Positions 13,701 to 27,227 of a stretch of DNA of 64,000 bases are shown here, in pieces. The DNA comes from Camelus ferus (lineage: Eukaryota), in NCBI RefSeq assembly GCF_009834535.1, contig NC_045707.1, forward strand, positions 64,544,001 to 64,608,000, read 5' to 3'. Within the stretch, counting starts at the first letter, position 1. Each line of letters opens with the position of its first letter. A model generated the notes under the pieces. It ran no database searches, had not been told where the DNA came from, and saw nothing but the letters and a program-made list of their open reading frames with translations. A program made the position numbers and the translations under genes.

Positions 13701-14289
13701 AAGACATGACTAAGAAGTGTACACATTTTTATGTTGATTCTACTAATTCTATTCCCTGATTCCACTATGTTTCAGTTAACCTAGATATTGTCTGTTCCTC
13801 AAAAATAATAATTAGCAAAAGCAGAGATTTTTCCAGGCTAATGACATCCGATGGTAATATTTCATGGCCAGGACAGAAGAGCTCTCATGAGAAGGGATGT
13901 TTTGTGGAAAGTGTTCTCTGGAAGGTCAACAGCCTGTGCAAGTTTGGCTCCATAAATGAGCTTTGAGACATTGTCTGAAGTGTTGAGATGAAGTGTTCTG
14001 GAGTTATTTAGGGTTCAGGGGAAATGGGTTTGCCATAATAAAAGGAAATTTCAAGACAAATAGGTTATTAAGAAGGCTGTCCTCTTCCTTAGTGACAAAC
14101 TATAGATTCTATCCATTGATTTCAAAACCTTAAAATTAATCTTAGTGTCAACAATGCTTGAGTTTTTATGAAGATCTCTTAAAATGGATGCGTTAGAGAA
14201 GCAAAAGGAGAGTTATATAGGCCTTTATTCATTATTACCCAAATTTAATAATTTGGCATCTCTTTTTATAAGCAGTTTACTTAAACTAT

Positions 14290-14790
14290 CGTTTAACCTT
14301 TGTAATAATCCTCTGAATAGGTACACTGAATTCATTTCACAAAGAGGAGGAAATTGAGATGTAACAAGTCTAAAAGGCAGACCAAAGGTCCACCACCACA
14401 GAGGCATGGGAGAGGCAGGATTTGAGCCCAGACAAGTACGAACGGAAAGGTTGAATTTATACCCTGAATACTACACTGTCTCCACATTCTCCTCCAGTCA
14501 TCCTAACTTTCCCCCAACAACTGACTCCATTCCACATCGGGCTCTGCAGAGTCTGACCTCATCTGCCCACCGTACCCTTGCTTTTGGAAGACAAAGCAGG
14601 AGGAGCTTTAGAGCCAAGTTCTAACTTGGATTGAATCTTTGCTCCGCTCTCACGTTCCTGTTCATTATTTCTTTACCTGTGAAATGGGGGGAGATAACAC
14701 CTGAGAGAGCTGCTGTGAAGATTGAGATACCATGTGTGAAAGTGCTTAGAACAGAGCTTGGCAAATAGTAGGTGCTTAATACGTATTTGT
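14290..14790. mobile_element. Two MIR SINE fragments in opposite orientation
   Basis: MIR core motifs 'gaggaggaaattgag...ggcaggatttgagcccaga' and 'acctgtgaaatgggg...gtgaagattgaga...aagtgcttagaacag'. Confidence 0.7.
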
Positions 14791-15920
14791 TTCCTTTCTT
14801 TCTTCTCCTTGCTGGACATTCTCCCTTACCAAGTCAATTTGAATGAAAACGCTTCCATGGTTCCCAGCTGATCCCAGAATCCTTAGAAAATGTACTCATT
14901 AGATCAAAAGGACCTTAGGCGTGGATCCTAGAGGCTCTTAATCCTCCAGGTCTGGGCTGAGTATGCTAAATGTAAGCCAAAACGGAAGTTGATATAACCT
15001 GATGTTCTGAATTCTCTCTTTTCTGGACCTGGGCAGGCTTTTTATAGTGTTATTTCTATGACTCTTGTTTCTCTCTCAGCTCTCCTACGTGACCCTGCCC
15101 CCCAATTCCAAAATATATTTCTACACAACTGAACTCCAGCTCAAATTGCTGCTCAGTGATTTCTCAAAGATGCCTTATCATTTCCTGTTCTCACACTTTT
15201 TTTTTTTCCTGCCAGACTGTCTCTCTGAAATAACCCTCTACCCCAAATTTATCTTTTATCTTCAAGGCCCAACTCAATTCATCCTCCTTCGTACGTTTAC
15301 TCTGACCACTCTGGATGGAAGAGACCTTGCTTTCTGCTAAACCATGGTAGCACTGAGTAGCCTCCAATTGACAAGTTTTGTATTTTAGGGCTGAAAATGG
15401 ACTGAATGGAATAGTAGTTTAAAATAGCATTTGATTAGCAATCCCTTAAGCTGCTTCTCCCAGCTCCTTAGTAAAACACGTATGAAACCAGCAAAAGTCA
15501 AGTTCTCACAAATACACTAAAAACTAAGACCAATAAGGCAAATCAGAATCAGGAAAGAATTTCTGCAGTTTAAAGGCCAAAAGAACTGGTTTGGGAAACT
15601 TTAAAAGCTGCTTTCCCACAAAAAAACAGATTAAAATTCTTGGCCTGGAAGTAGAACCAGTCTTTGTTCCTCCCCGACTGCTTATCCCCTACTCAGAAAC
15701 ACAGGAGCCATGTCCATCGCCACCAGCAGCCACCGGCCGGGGGGGGGGGGGGGGCAACCATTCCTCAGTCAGGTAGGTGATAGTTAGTGAGGTAGCCAGA
15801 ATGCTGTCTCTTAATCAGCTAATGCAGTGATTCAAGAGCATTAAACATAATAGAAACTATAAAAGGTTTTTCAAGAACATGCCAAAAAAAAAAAAAACAG
15901 CAGGTGTGTCAATATTGTAT

Positions 15921-16257
15921 GTGGGGGGATGGGGGGAGGGTGAACTGGATGAAGGTGGTCAAATTGTACAAAATTCCAGTTATAAGATAAATATGTACTA
16001 GGGGTGTAGTATACAACATGAGGACTGTAGTTAACACTACTGAATGGGGTATTTGAAAGTTGTTAAGAGAACAGAGCCTAGAAGTTCTCACTACAAGAAA
16101 AAAAAAACTTGTTATTTGTTATCTATATGAGATGGTAGATGTTAACTAAACTTACTGTGGTAATCATTTTATAACATGTAAATCAAACCATGATGCTGTA
16201 CACCTTAAACTTACACAGTGCTGGGTATCAATTATGTCTCAATAAAACTGGGGGAAA
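15921..16257 (+). mobile_element. 5'-truncated L1 3' end (L1MA9-like)
   Basis: 'ggtcaaattgtacaaaattccagttataagataaat...gctgtacaccttaaacttacacagt...ctcaataaaactgggggaaa'; possible degenerate TSD (cagcaggtgtg / gagtcagatgtg). Confidence 0.8.
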
Positions 16258-18056
16258 GAGTCAGATGTGAGGCCAGACATAAAATTAATGAGAAGGAAAG
16301 TATCGAATATTGGTAAAATTTACAGTGAAGATACAGTTATAAATCTCTTCAAGTAAGATAATGGCTGAAATATATAAATGTTAGAAATATAAGGGAAAAT
16401 AACAAACGTAGTTATCATGGAAGACTCACATACATATCTCAAGCTATGAAAAATCTAGTAGGAAAAAAGTAAAGAAAAAATAGATTGGAATAGTATATTT
16501 AATAATATATCATAATATAATATATAAAGTGATGTGATGTACATATGTGTGTGTATATGTATGATTTATAGACATATATACCAACAGATAAATAGATAGA
16601 AAACCAAACTAGCAGCCAGCAAAACATCTGTGAAATATTTAGGAAATTTTATTATAGTATTTGTCTCAAAAAAAGAATCAATAAATCCCAATAATTAGTC
16701 ATTCTGATTTCCATGTACTATAAATAGACATGAATAAGGAAAATAAATGGGCAAACACTTAAATTACCATCAAATTAAAGCAAGAGTTAAAACTACAATT
16801 ACAGACCACTTAGAAATTAATGAGAATAACAACGTTACTTATCAAACTGTAGAACGACACCAAAGCTGCAACGAGAAGCAAATTCATAGGAGGAAAGAAC
16901 TGATACTTTTTTTAATGGATTTTTTGTGGTATGTTCTAATAATTTTCCATTTCTTAAAATTAAGCTCCAGCCACATATTTCCTGATGTAATACTCCACAC
17001 ATGTGCAACACCGTTCAAAGGAAATGGCATGCTGGACCTAGTCTCTACTTGTATTCTCTTTAGTCAACTTGTTTTGACCTGTATTTGCCTGCTGTCCATT
17101 TCCTTGGGACACCAACCACTTGGCACCATACTTGACCACCTGACTCACACCTCAGGCCTCTTTAAATTTAACAATTCTTTAAATACAATCTCTGACTTTG
17201 ACCCTCAGCACATACTATTTTATAGTTACTCCTTGGTTCCACACAGCTAATGTACTAGTAAGAGACACTCATACCTTCTATTTAGGACGCAAGGAGCCTT
17301 TCTATGTTGGAAGAACCCCACCTTGACTCCCAACCAGAGGAGGGGAATAACAAAGGGAAAGTCAATTGTAACTTAGAACAAGGGTCTGTGGTCCCTTATA
17401 AATTTATCACAGAATTAAATAAGGACATGCATGCATATGCAAATACATACATATACTTGCGTGTCTACATACATACGTAAATGGAGGATGCAAAAGCTAC
17501 CTTTTAGGGATTCATCAGAGGTTAGAAAAAATGTATACATTTTAAACTTTTAAATTCTAGGTCAATGGCAATAACTTGAACTAAAATAAAAAGATTGTTT
17601 TTCTCCTCTGAGCTTTCTGTGTTCAGTAAAATCATGAGTATAGTATATTGATGTCAGTGGATATAGGATTATATACTAGATTCTCATATATACACATAAA
17701 TAAAGTTGGTTTGTGTTACATCTCATTCCTCAATTCAAATGTGATGTTTACTTTTCCTAAAATTTTCACTTCATATCATTAGCCATTTTGTTTTTTCTGT
17801 AGCAGCTATACCCCTTAATAAATTATAGTGCATTTTCTCAATTCAGAGTTATTTCTGACAACAAAACTGTCAGTTTCCTATAAAGAAACTATGAGTAGTT
17901 GCTGTAGTCAACTATGGTACCATAAAAGAAAACATTTGGTCTTTATTTCTGTAATAGTTCTTACTGAATTGTGTGTGTATATACAGAAAGACAAACTTAT
18001 ATGCTCAAAATAATTCATGCAGTGTTTAAACCTAATAACTTTCTTCTCCAATGTAG

Positions 18057-18243
18057 ACGAGGGTCCAACGTATCTCTTACGTTGGACATGAGTAGCTTGG
18101 GGAACGTTGAACCCTTTGTGACCATACCAACCCCACGGGAGAAGGTAGCAATGGAGTATCTGCAGTCAGCCAGCCGAATTCTCACAAGGTCACAGCTGAG
18201 GGACGTCGTGGCAAGTTCACATTTACTCCAAAGTGAATTTATG
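18057..18243 (+). CDS. PTPRR: PTPRR coding exon (about human exon 7): KIM C-terminal part and KIS
   Basis: tgtag|A...ATG|gtgag, 187 nt, phase 2 to 0. Encodes (R)RGSNVSLTLDMSSLGNVEPFVTIPTPREKVAMEYLQSASRILTRSQLRDVVASSHLLQSEFM, matching remembered PTPRR. Confidence 0.97.
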
Positions 18244-20842
18244 GTGAGCTGGCTGTTTATTATTCATTCTTAAGTAGGTATTTTGATTTACTGGGCACTA
18301 GAGATATATACTAAAATGACACTGTCCTCCACTCAGGCAGCTTACACTTAAATGGTTATAGTTCAAAAGCTTAAATGCAAAAAATTTAGATCCAGGCTGC
18401 ATCTCACCAACTATTGGTAAGTGTTCAAACTAGAACATGATAGTGAAATTGAGGCAGATATTCAGGAGCTGGCCAGACAAAGAAGTGACAGAAAGGAGCT
18501 GGGCATTCCGGGATGAAGGAACAGCCTTACTGTCACAGCTTAGGAAATTAAATTGTTCAGTTTGACAGGAGCATTGAAATTGAAGCGAGGAGTGACAAAA
18601 ATTGAGCTTCGGAGATATAAAAGAAATCCACGTCTCAGTACACATTTAAGGGTTTAGACTTGTGTTTGAAAAAGATCACTATCTGCAGTAGAGTCAGCAT
18701 TAGCAAGAGGTATTTTGGAGACTCTAGAGATAATCCTGTGGTACTGTGATGGTGGTCCAAACTAAGATAGTAGCAGTGAACATTGGGAGAATCTGCAGAT
18801 ATCTACAATAAGTGAGCTTAATCAGGTAAGGCAGCCAAGAGAAAGGGAGAAGTTAGGGATGACACCCCTGTTCTTGGACTTGAGCAACAGGGTGCATTCA
18901 GTGCCCTTTGATGAAATAAGGAACACAAGAGGTAGACCAGATGTGAGCTAAAGATGATGATGAGTTTCATTCAGCTAAAAATGATGGTGACAGATGTGTG
19001 CTGCTGGTGATAACTTAATGTGTGAGAATTTCTTCCCAAAGAGCATGGAGACAGATGAAACCTTAGACAGATGCCCAGGGGAAATATCCATTGTATAGAA
19101 TCCCTTGCCTGATGGATCAGTTGTACATGTGAAGCCGTGTCTGTTGGGTATAATAAATTGGCCACCCTAGGATTAGTGCAGATATTCGCAACCACCCTAA
19201 TGGTGAAAGGTCCAACAATGGTTTAGATCCATTATCTTTATCAATTATTATTAAGTGTCCGAAGTAAAATACAAGGATGCAGTTTTAAAAATTAGACTTG
19301 GTAGCATGTCATCTTTTTATATATGAAGAAAGTGAGACGTGGGGGTTAAAAGAATCAGTCAACGATCACACAGGCGGCCAAAGTTACCCCTAGTATTCTT
19401 GTCTAGAACCACAGAGAGTTCTTTGTTCTATGAGATAAGCCTTTGACATGGGCTACTTCCCTAGAAGGAAAGATGAAGCCAACAAGGAAGGTGGAGGAGA
19501 AGGATAATGCTAGAAGATGACAAATTGTCAGTGTGTGTCAGAAAAAGGAAAGAGCAGGGAGAAATCAACGTATTTACTGCTTTACCAAAACAGACTAACT
19601 TGTTTGAAATTACCAAGCATGAGCATGTGGTTTCTATTGAACATCCAACAATCTGCTTATTTTGGTAACTTGGAACTGAGAACTTGTAACATCCCGTTGG
19701 AGCAGAGAGGAGGAATAAATCTCACAAATAGCTAAAATAATGCAAACTTACAAAATGATATTTTAAAAGTAAGCTACTCTCTATAGACTAAGCCTTAAAT
19801 TCATCGTATAGTCAGGCTTTTCTCAGATTTTCAGATTAACTGAAAACAAGGACTAATTTTAATCAATTTGTAGATACTTTCTTTCATTTCAATGAATATT
19901 AGAGTGTCGAGTTCTATTTTCTGCCAGGGAAAGTGAAAGTAACAAAAATATTATCTTATGTGATCTAGGGATAAAAGTTATTTCATTTCATACTAACCTT
20001 AGTTAAGCAATCCTTTGCAGAATTTTAAGTTAGAGAACATCCTATTTTGTATAACCAAATCTTTAAATATTTGTTTGGACCATTTTGAAAATTTTGACTT
20101 GTTGTTTTCTTTGTCCAAGTTGGCTTCAGACGCTCACCTTACAGGTCTCACACAGAGAGCCACTTCTACGCTAATTGTTCCTTCCCCCATCATTTGACAT
20201 ATATTCTGTTTGAATAAGAATATTTATATCCTTCTCAAGTGGGAGATGACAATGCCTGGGTGCCCTTCACTAAAAATAATGCATTTACAACCACAAAAGG
20301 AACTGCACAATGTCAATCTTTCTTAATACAAAAAATGCATCATATGATCATCACTCGAATCAACAAAAATGCCCTTTATATTTACCATTTGGGAAGGAAG
20401 GTTTTCATAATGCTAAAAGAATTACAATTCATGTTAAAAGTGAATCCATCATAAAGAAGTTTTTGGTAATGAACCTACAGAAAGACTGGAAGAAATTGGA
20501 ATACATTGTTTTAAAAGCAGATTTTTTTTTGTTGCCTGTTTATAGATTTCCAGCAATTATGTCAGAACAGGATTCTTAGAACCTAACCAAAATTGCCTGT
20601 GTCTCTTTAGTAACTACAGATATAGTAATACTCTCTAACACACAAAGCCTTTTCTTAAAGTCAGCTTGTCAGGGTGCAGCTGGTATGTTTATGAAAGGAA
20701 GGGTGTTGGCCAACCAGAGGGGTGGTCTGTTGTTTTATAAATGACTTTGAAGTCCAGTAGAACCCTGGATCAGATTACCCCCTGTGAAGACTTCCTTTGT
20801 GGCAGCATTAGATACACTATTTGATATCATTTATTATTGCAG

Positions 20843-20927
20843 GAAATACCAATGAACTTTGTGGATCCCAAAGAAATTGACATTCCACGTCATGGAACTA
20901 AAAATCGCTATAAGACCATTTTGCCAA
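20843..20927 (+). CDS. PTPRR: PTPRR coding exon (about exon 8): pTyr-recognition KNRY loop
   Basis: tgcag|GAA...CCAA|gtaag, 85 nt. Encodes EIPMNFVDPKEIDIPRHGTKNRYKTILP(N). Confidence 0.97.
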
Positions 20928-21224
20928 GTAAGTTTCTTTCTTCCTTCCTTTCTTGCTTGCTTGCTTTCTCGCTCTCTCTTTCTTTCTTTCTTTTCTTCCA
21001 AGTAAATAGTTTGTCTTGCAGAGCACAAGCCTTCCCCATTCACCCCCCACCTCACCATCTCCCATCCTCACAATTTCCATATACACACTTGGAAGCTGAA
21101 AACACATATCAGGACTAATAATCATTCAAGTGGTCTGAGGTTAGTAACTTTATCTTGTATTACTCTGATTAGAATCATCAGCTCACAATTCCAGTTGACA
21201 CATGGTTCAGGAACTTTACTGTGG

Positions 21225-22936
21225 CACACATTATGGCCAGATGATTTTCACTAAGGGTGTCAGGCAGATCAATGGGGAAAGAATAGTCTTTTCAATAAAT
21301 GGTGCTGAGACAACTGGATATCCACCTGCAAAAAAAAAAAAAAAAATATGCCTCACACAATATACAAAAATTAATTCAAAGTGGATCAGAGGCCTAAATG
21401 TAAGGGCGAAAATAAAATTGTTCATACAAAGTGGATGTAAATTTTCATGACCTTGAATTAGTCAGTGATTTCTTAGATATGACAGCAAGGTATAAGCAAC
21501 AACAAAAAAGCATACATTGAACTTGATCAAAATTTTAAAGTTCTGTGCTTCGAAGGACACCATCAAGAAAATAAAAAGATCACAACATTGTAAAATGACT
21601 ATAACTCAATAAAAAAAGTTTAAAAACAAAGAAAAAGATGACTCACAAAATGGGAGAAAATATTTGTAAATTATACATCTCATCTTTAGAATATTTAAGA
21701 ACTCTTATAAGTCAATTATAGAAAGACAAATAACCCAATTTTAAAATGGACAAAGGACTTAAAATAGACATTTCTCCATAAAAGATATACAAATGACCAG
21801 TGACCAAATAAAAAATTGCTCAACACCACAATGAAAAAAAAAAGAAAAAAATTGTTTAAGAAAAAACACAATGAGATACCATTGTGTATCCACATGATTA
21901 TAATAAAAAAGACAATAGAAAGTGTTGGCAAGGATATAGAGAAATGGGAACCTTCATGCTTAGTGGGTAGGGATGTAAAATGGTGCAGGTGCTTAGGAAC
22001 AGTCTGGTGGTTCCTCAGAAGGTAAGACCTAGGGTTACTGTATAACTCAGACATTCTACTCCTAGGAATATACCCAAGAAAAATAAAAACATGTGTCCAC
22101 ATAAAAGCTGTACACAAATGTTTGTAACAGCATTAGTCATAACAGCCCAAAGAGTAGAAACAAACAAAATATCCATCAAGCAATGAATGGATGAGTCAAA
22201 TGTAGTATCTTCACACAATGGAATATTATTCAGCAATAAAAAGTAATGAGGTGCCGATGTGTGGTGCTACAACGTGGATGAACCTTGAACACATTATGCT
22301 AAGTGAAGGAAGCCATCACAGAAGACCTTATATTGTATAATAACATTTATACGATGTGTCTAGTTAGGCAAATCTGTAGAGACAGAAGCTACAGTTGTTG
22401 CCTAGTGTTGGAGAGCGTGAGAAATGACTGCTAAAGGGGATGGCATTTACTTGGGGGATAACAAAATGTTATCCTTCCTAGAAACATTCTATTTGCTATC
22501 TTGGATCTTCACAGAAGAGTCTGGGAGCTACAGGGGCTGCCTCCAGAGCCATACTGCTGGGGTTCAGATCCAGCCACACCACTTACTGTATGGCCGTGGG
22601 TAAATTCCTTAACTTCATCTGTGAAGCAGGAGTAATAGTATCCACCCCACAGGGTTGTTGTCAAGTCCAGTGCTTCACACACAACAAAGTGTTCAGTGTT
22701 AGCTTTCTCATCGTAACTCAGAAAGATATTATTGTTCCTTTTTTACAGAGATGGAAACTGAGGCTTATAGACATTAAAGAAGCAAGATTCAAACCCAAAC
22801 ACATCTGCCCACATGCTTTCCACCACTGATGGTTGCACATCTCTGGGAATTAAAAAAAGTAAAAATAAACTCTGTGACGGCTCACTTTAAATGAATGAAT
22901 TGTTTGGTATGTGCATTCTATCTCAAAAAAGCTGTA
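21225..22936 (+). mobile_element. Old L1 (L1MB-like) end of ORF2 and 3' UTR with two internal insertions
   Basis: 'gaaagaatagtcttttcaataaatggtgctgag', 'tatacaaaaattaattcaaagtggatc', 'ggatgaaccttgaacacattatgctaagtgaa'. The terminal segment 'tgatggttgcaca...tatctcaaaaaagctgt' lies at 22827-22936. Confidence 0.9.
21581..21627 (+). mobile_element. Tiny young L1 3' tail with TSD, nested in an older L1
   Basis: 'cacaacattgtaaaatgactataactcaataaaaaa' flanked by aaataaaaagat (21569-21580) and aaagaaaaagat (21628-21639). Confidence 0.75.
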
Positions 22937-22944
22937 ACCAGACT

Positions 22945-23115
22945 TCATTGTGCTTAACCTAGAGTCCCTGTTAAAAACCCAGAGTCCTATGCCCCACCCC
23001 AGGGATTCTGTTTAAGTAGGTTCTATTGAACCCAGGAATCTGTATTTCTAGGAGATATGAGGGTGATTTTGATGCAGATGATACCAGGACCACACTTTGA
23101 GAAACAGTGTTTAGA
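22945..23115. mobile_element. MER5-like hAT-Charlie element
   Basis: 'ccccaccccagggattctg...cccaggaatctgtattt...gtgattttgatgcag...ggaccacactttgagaaac'. Confidence 0.75.
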
Positions 23116-25259
23116 CTATGTTAAAACTAAATTTAAGTCCATGAAATTGATCAATGATCAAGCAATGAGCTAGATGTCAGAAACCAACAAGGAATAAGGA
23201 GCAGCACATAAGATCAAGGAGGTCACAGACTAGAGAGGAGAGATACATAAACAAGTAATTATGTTCAATACAATAAGAGCCAGAATAGAGATCTTGCCCA
23301 AGTGGTGTAGGATTATGAAGAGGACTGAGTAAGTAATTCTGCCTAGAATAGCAAAAATACTTTGGAGAGGAAGCAATATTGTCAGTCATTAAACAGATAT
23401 AGTTGGAGCTTTGGCAAAATCCACAAACATCTCAAGGCAATAGCTCTGGAAAAATGGAGCCACAAATTTTTTTTTTTTAGCTATTGACATTGAAATAGTT
23501 GAGTCTTCATAATTCAGTCCATTAATTCACTCATAAAATACCAAATTCTCCATATTTATGGTAATAGAGCATGAATTACTGTTAATGGTATCTTTGGGTT
23601 TCCCCTTCTGTTGGAGTTGGAAACACATTGTAAATATTACTCCATTGTAACATATTTTCAACTGGTCTGCATAGTTAAATCTCCTCACCTAAGGGGTAGT
23701 CACTGTTGAAAGATATTTTCTAATTACAGTTGGCTGGAGGCAATGAAAGTGTTAGAACCAGTGACTCTCTCTCTCTCTCTCTGACTCTCTCAGGAATTTT
23801 CATCTGAAATTCACTAAACATAAATAATTAGGGCGTGTACATCCATTGCAATTATTATACTTAACCACCTAATCTCAGAAGGATTTGGAAATTATCAGGA
23901 TTATTTTAAAGTTCAGCCTTCTCTGTTTCCTGCCCAGATGGTATCAGACGACTGCTCCATCGTCCTGTGTCAGCTTTTCCATTCCCAGAACTGGGTGGGT
24001 CACTTGAACCAGGGCACCTGTGCTGACAACTGATGTTGCAAATGACGGATTTTCTGTTGAAAAATGTCTGTAGCCTGAATACCCCACCCACCCCCTGTTG
24101 AGCAAAATAAATTTAGTAAATATAGCCTGGGCAAGCCACATTGTTGGTTGAAAATCATCACAAAAGACTGGAATGAATAAGAAAAGCTGCTATTTATGGT
24201 TTATTTTAGACTGTAATATGGGATACATTTGAAACACTCCATAAAATAATAATTTTTCAGTGATGAAGATTTTAAATATCATAATTGTTTTTATTGTTTC
24301 AACCTGCAATAAACTCTCAAGTTGGAAAGGTTCCGGCTTGTACATATTAGTGAGGTGATATAATTGGGAGGATGTTCTGCAGCAGAAATATGGATGGCCA
24401 AGGACTAATTAAATTGTAGCTGTTTTCTAAGGATGATGTCAGCCTCACTCAGAACATTCTTAAGTGATAGATTAAAGGGCTAAGGTCAAGTTTATATCAA
24501 ATTACTTTGCAATATAAACAAATATTAGTGATGAAATTATGTCTATGTCCTAAACACCAGAACAATGGGGAAAAAAACTGTTCTTATATCAATATGAAAT
24601 TATTTGTACAACAAAGGATAATAATAAATTTTATGTATATTTCTTTCATGCAGTCAGTTTGTTAGTACAATATAGATAAAATTTAAAAACTCTATTTACT
24701 CTGGCCATCATTTTATTTAAAAATGTAAAGTCTGGTGATGTTTTCTACCTAAATTATGTTTTCTGTTTTATTATAATAAGCACCTGGAACAGAGTGGCTA
24801 TGCAAATAAGCAAACCACTCATTAAAGCCACAAGTTGTGTGGCTGAGGGAAAATTTTGGAGTTAGACTTGATTTCCTGTCCTGGCAAAAGCATTTACAAT
24901 TTATGGCGGGCTACTTAATCCTTCTGTACCGTCCTTTCTTTATCCCTAAAAATCGTAATAGTACTGTTACCCTGTAGGGCTAGTGAAGGAATTAAATACT
25001 CTGTAAAAAATGCCAAGGAAAGTTCCAACTAATAGTAAGCCCTCAGCTAATGTTAGTTTCTCCTTTTCCTCTCTACCTAACTGAAGATAAATCCATCATC
25101 AACCCCAGACGCAATTCCAGAAAATAAGAACACTAAGTGTGGAGAGAGAAGTTTCCAGTTTCAAAAACAGGGTATTGAAGAGCCTTGCTTTCTCTTACAA
25201 TGTTCACATGGATCTTAAAAAGTGAATTTCACATAGTCACCATCCTGCATTGCCAAAAT

Positions 25260-25438
25260 CAGCACTGTCCACCAAAACCCTCCACAGTGATGGACACGTG
25301 AGAGCTGTTAGCTACGTGTGGCCACGACCGCTTGAAGTACAGCTGGTGCACCTTAGGGACTGGCTTTTAAATTTTTAGAGTTTCATTAACTTAGGTTTTC
25401 CTGCACGTGGCCAGGGGCTACCATCGTGAACAACGCAA
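25260..25438. mobile_element. MER3-like hAT-Charlie element
   Basis: Begins 'cagcactgtcca', has internal 'gctacgtgtggc', ends 'ggctaccatcgtgaacaacgca'. Confidence 0.6.
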
Positions 25439-25864
25439 GCCTAGAACCTTCTCTTTCGCCTGCAACAAATTTGAAAATGACTCCCAGTCACCCCGAAGGG
25501 GTGGCCAGTCCCTGCCTTTCCTTCCATTTCCTATTTATCTTGAATTCATCTCTGAAAACTACCCGCCCCCTCTCGTGCCTGCCTTTGCCTGTCACCAGCA
25601 GTGATGCACATGTCCCTCATCCAATGGCGTCTTCTCCGACTTCAAACCTCAAGCCCATTTCTTCCTGGAAAGGAAATCTTCAGCACAGGATAACTAACCG
25701 TTCACAAAATCTGATATGATGCCAATCAAAACATCAAGACCTGGGTACCACGCTGTCTGATAAGTAAAAGGTTTAAGATTGCCAGAAGGTAATTTAAAGA
25801 GACCAGGGTAGGGAAAGTTCATGTGTTCTACACACCAAACCTGTATGTGTTTGTAATTGGTTGA

Positions 25865-26048
25865 GAAGAGAAAGGAAAAAGGAAGGCGGGAAGACACCAG
25901 AGAAGGAAGAAGAGAGGAAAAGAAGGAAGGAAGAAAAGAAAGAAAGGACGGGAGCTGAGGAGGAAGGAAGGAGAAAAAGGAAAGAGGAAGAAAAGAAAGG
26001 AAGGAAAGGAGGAAATGAAAAATGAAGAGTGTAAGAGAGGGAGGAAAA
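25865..26048. repeat. GA-rich low-complexity polypurine tract
   Basis: Almost exclusively A/G on the + strand. Confidence 0.9.
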
Positions 26049-27227
26049 ATGATCAGTGTTCAATTGATACTTTTATATTGATACAAATATTAATTAGTTA
26101 ACACAAATATTAATAATATTTCTAATTGTTACTGTCCAGATGTGCCATGAATGATATGCTAAATATTTAACATATAATCCAGAAATATCAACTCTCAAAA
26201 AAGTTGTCCTAGTGAATTTGACTAATATGTAGACTGACAGTGCATCACATGAATAAAATTATAACAGTAGTGGTGACAATGGCAACAAAATTTGGGGGTT
26301 TTTTAATCGTTGGATTTTTTTTTTATTAGATTATACTAACATTAAAAAGGCTTTGGTTGGAACCGTACATTTTCCCCTGCTCAGACATACATTGTATTCT
26401 TGTGGGGCTTTTTTGTTTTTTGGGGTTTTTTTTTAGTATTTGGAAATCTCTGAATACTTAGAAATACTACAAATTACCAATTTCCAACATAAAGCTAATT
26501 TAGCTTGACAGGAAATCTGCTTCTAAGCAATTCTGAGGTCGAGTTCCCAGTAACTCATATACATTGTAGGCATTATCAAAACTGAAAAAAAGTGAGCCTC
26601 TTTTCAAGTATGAGTGGTTTAGGGTGTTTGTGGAAACTTTTAATAATCAGTGGATACCGAAAAGGAGTGGAAATTTTCCTGTCCCCTTTGCTAAGAAAGG
26701 AAAAAACATCTAGAAAAAAACCAGAGTTTTAACTCTGTCTAATCAAAATTAATTCTGATATTAAACACTCTCTGAGCCACATACCAAATAGAAATCACAA
26801 AGGACAAAAAGTTAATTAAATATAGCCCTTGCTCTCAAGGGGCTCACCACAATCCATTAAGAGCAGGCAAACATTTAAGCACTTAAAATACAAGATGTTA
26901 AATACTAAAATGAAACTCAAGGAGCCTGAGCAAAGGAAGGGCTACCTAATTCTGCCTGGGAAGACAACGGAGGGAGGGCTTCAGAAAGAAGCTATTTCTT
27001 GAACTGAGCCCCGAGAGGAAGACTTTACCATGCAGAGAAGACAAGGAAATAATGTGTGCAGAAGCCAAGAATCTTCAAGAACATGGTCTGTTTGGGAGAT
27101 GGCCAGAGGGCCACGTGACTGGAGCATCTGGTCCACATAGAAACGTGATTATTGATGAGGCTGTGGGAGAAGGTGAAGACTTGCAGGACCGGACCCACTA
27201 AGGAGCTTGGGTTTCATCCTCTAGACC

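Noticed and set aside
16747..17250. Longest ORF in the track (167 aa)
   Set aside because: The N-terminal part resembles decayed L1 ORF2 (LEINENNNVTYQT) fused by chance to non-coding sequence; no coherent domain.
1..18056. Upstream PTPRR exons (transmembrane segment, KIM start LQER)
   Set aside because: No matching peptide found; this stretch appears to be part of one long intron.
21716..22117. 133-aa hydrophobic ORF resembling a membrane protein
   Set aside because: Antisense translation of an A-rich L1 3' region.
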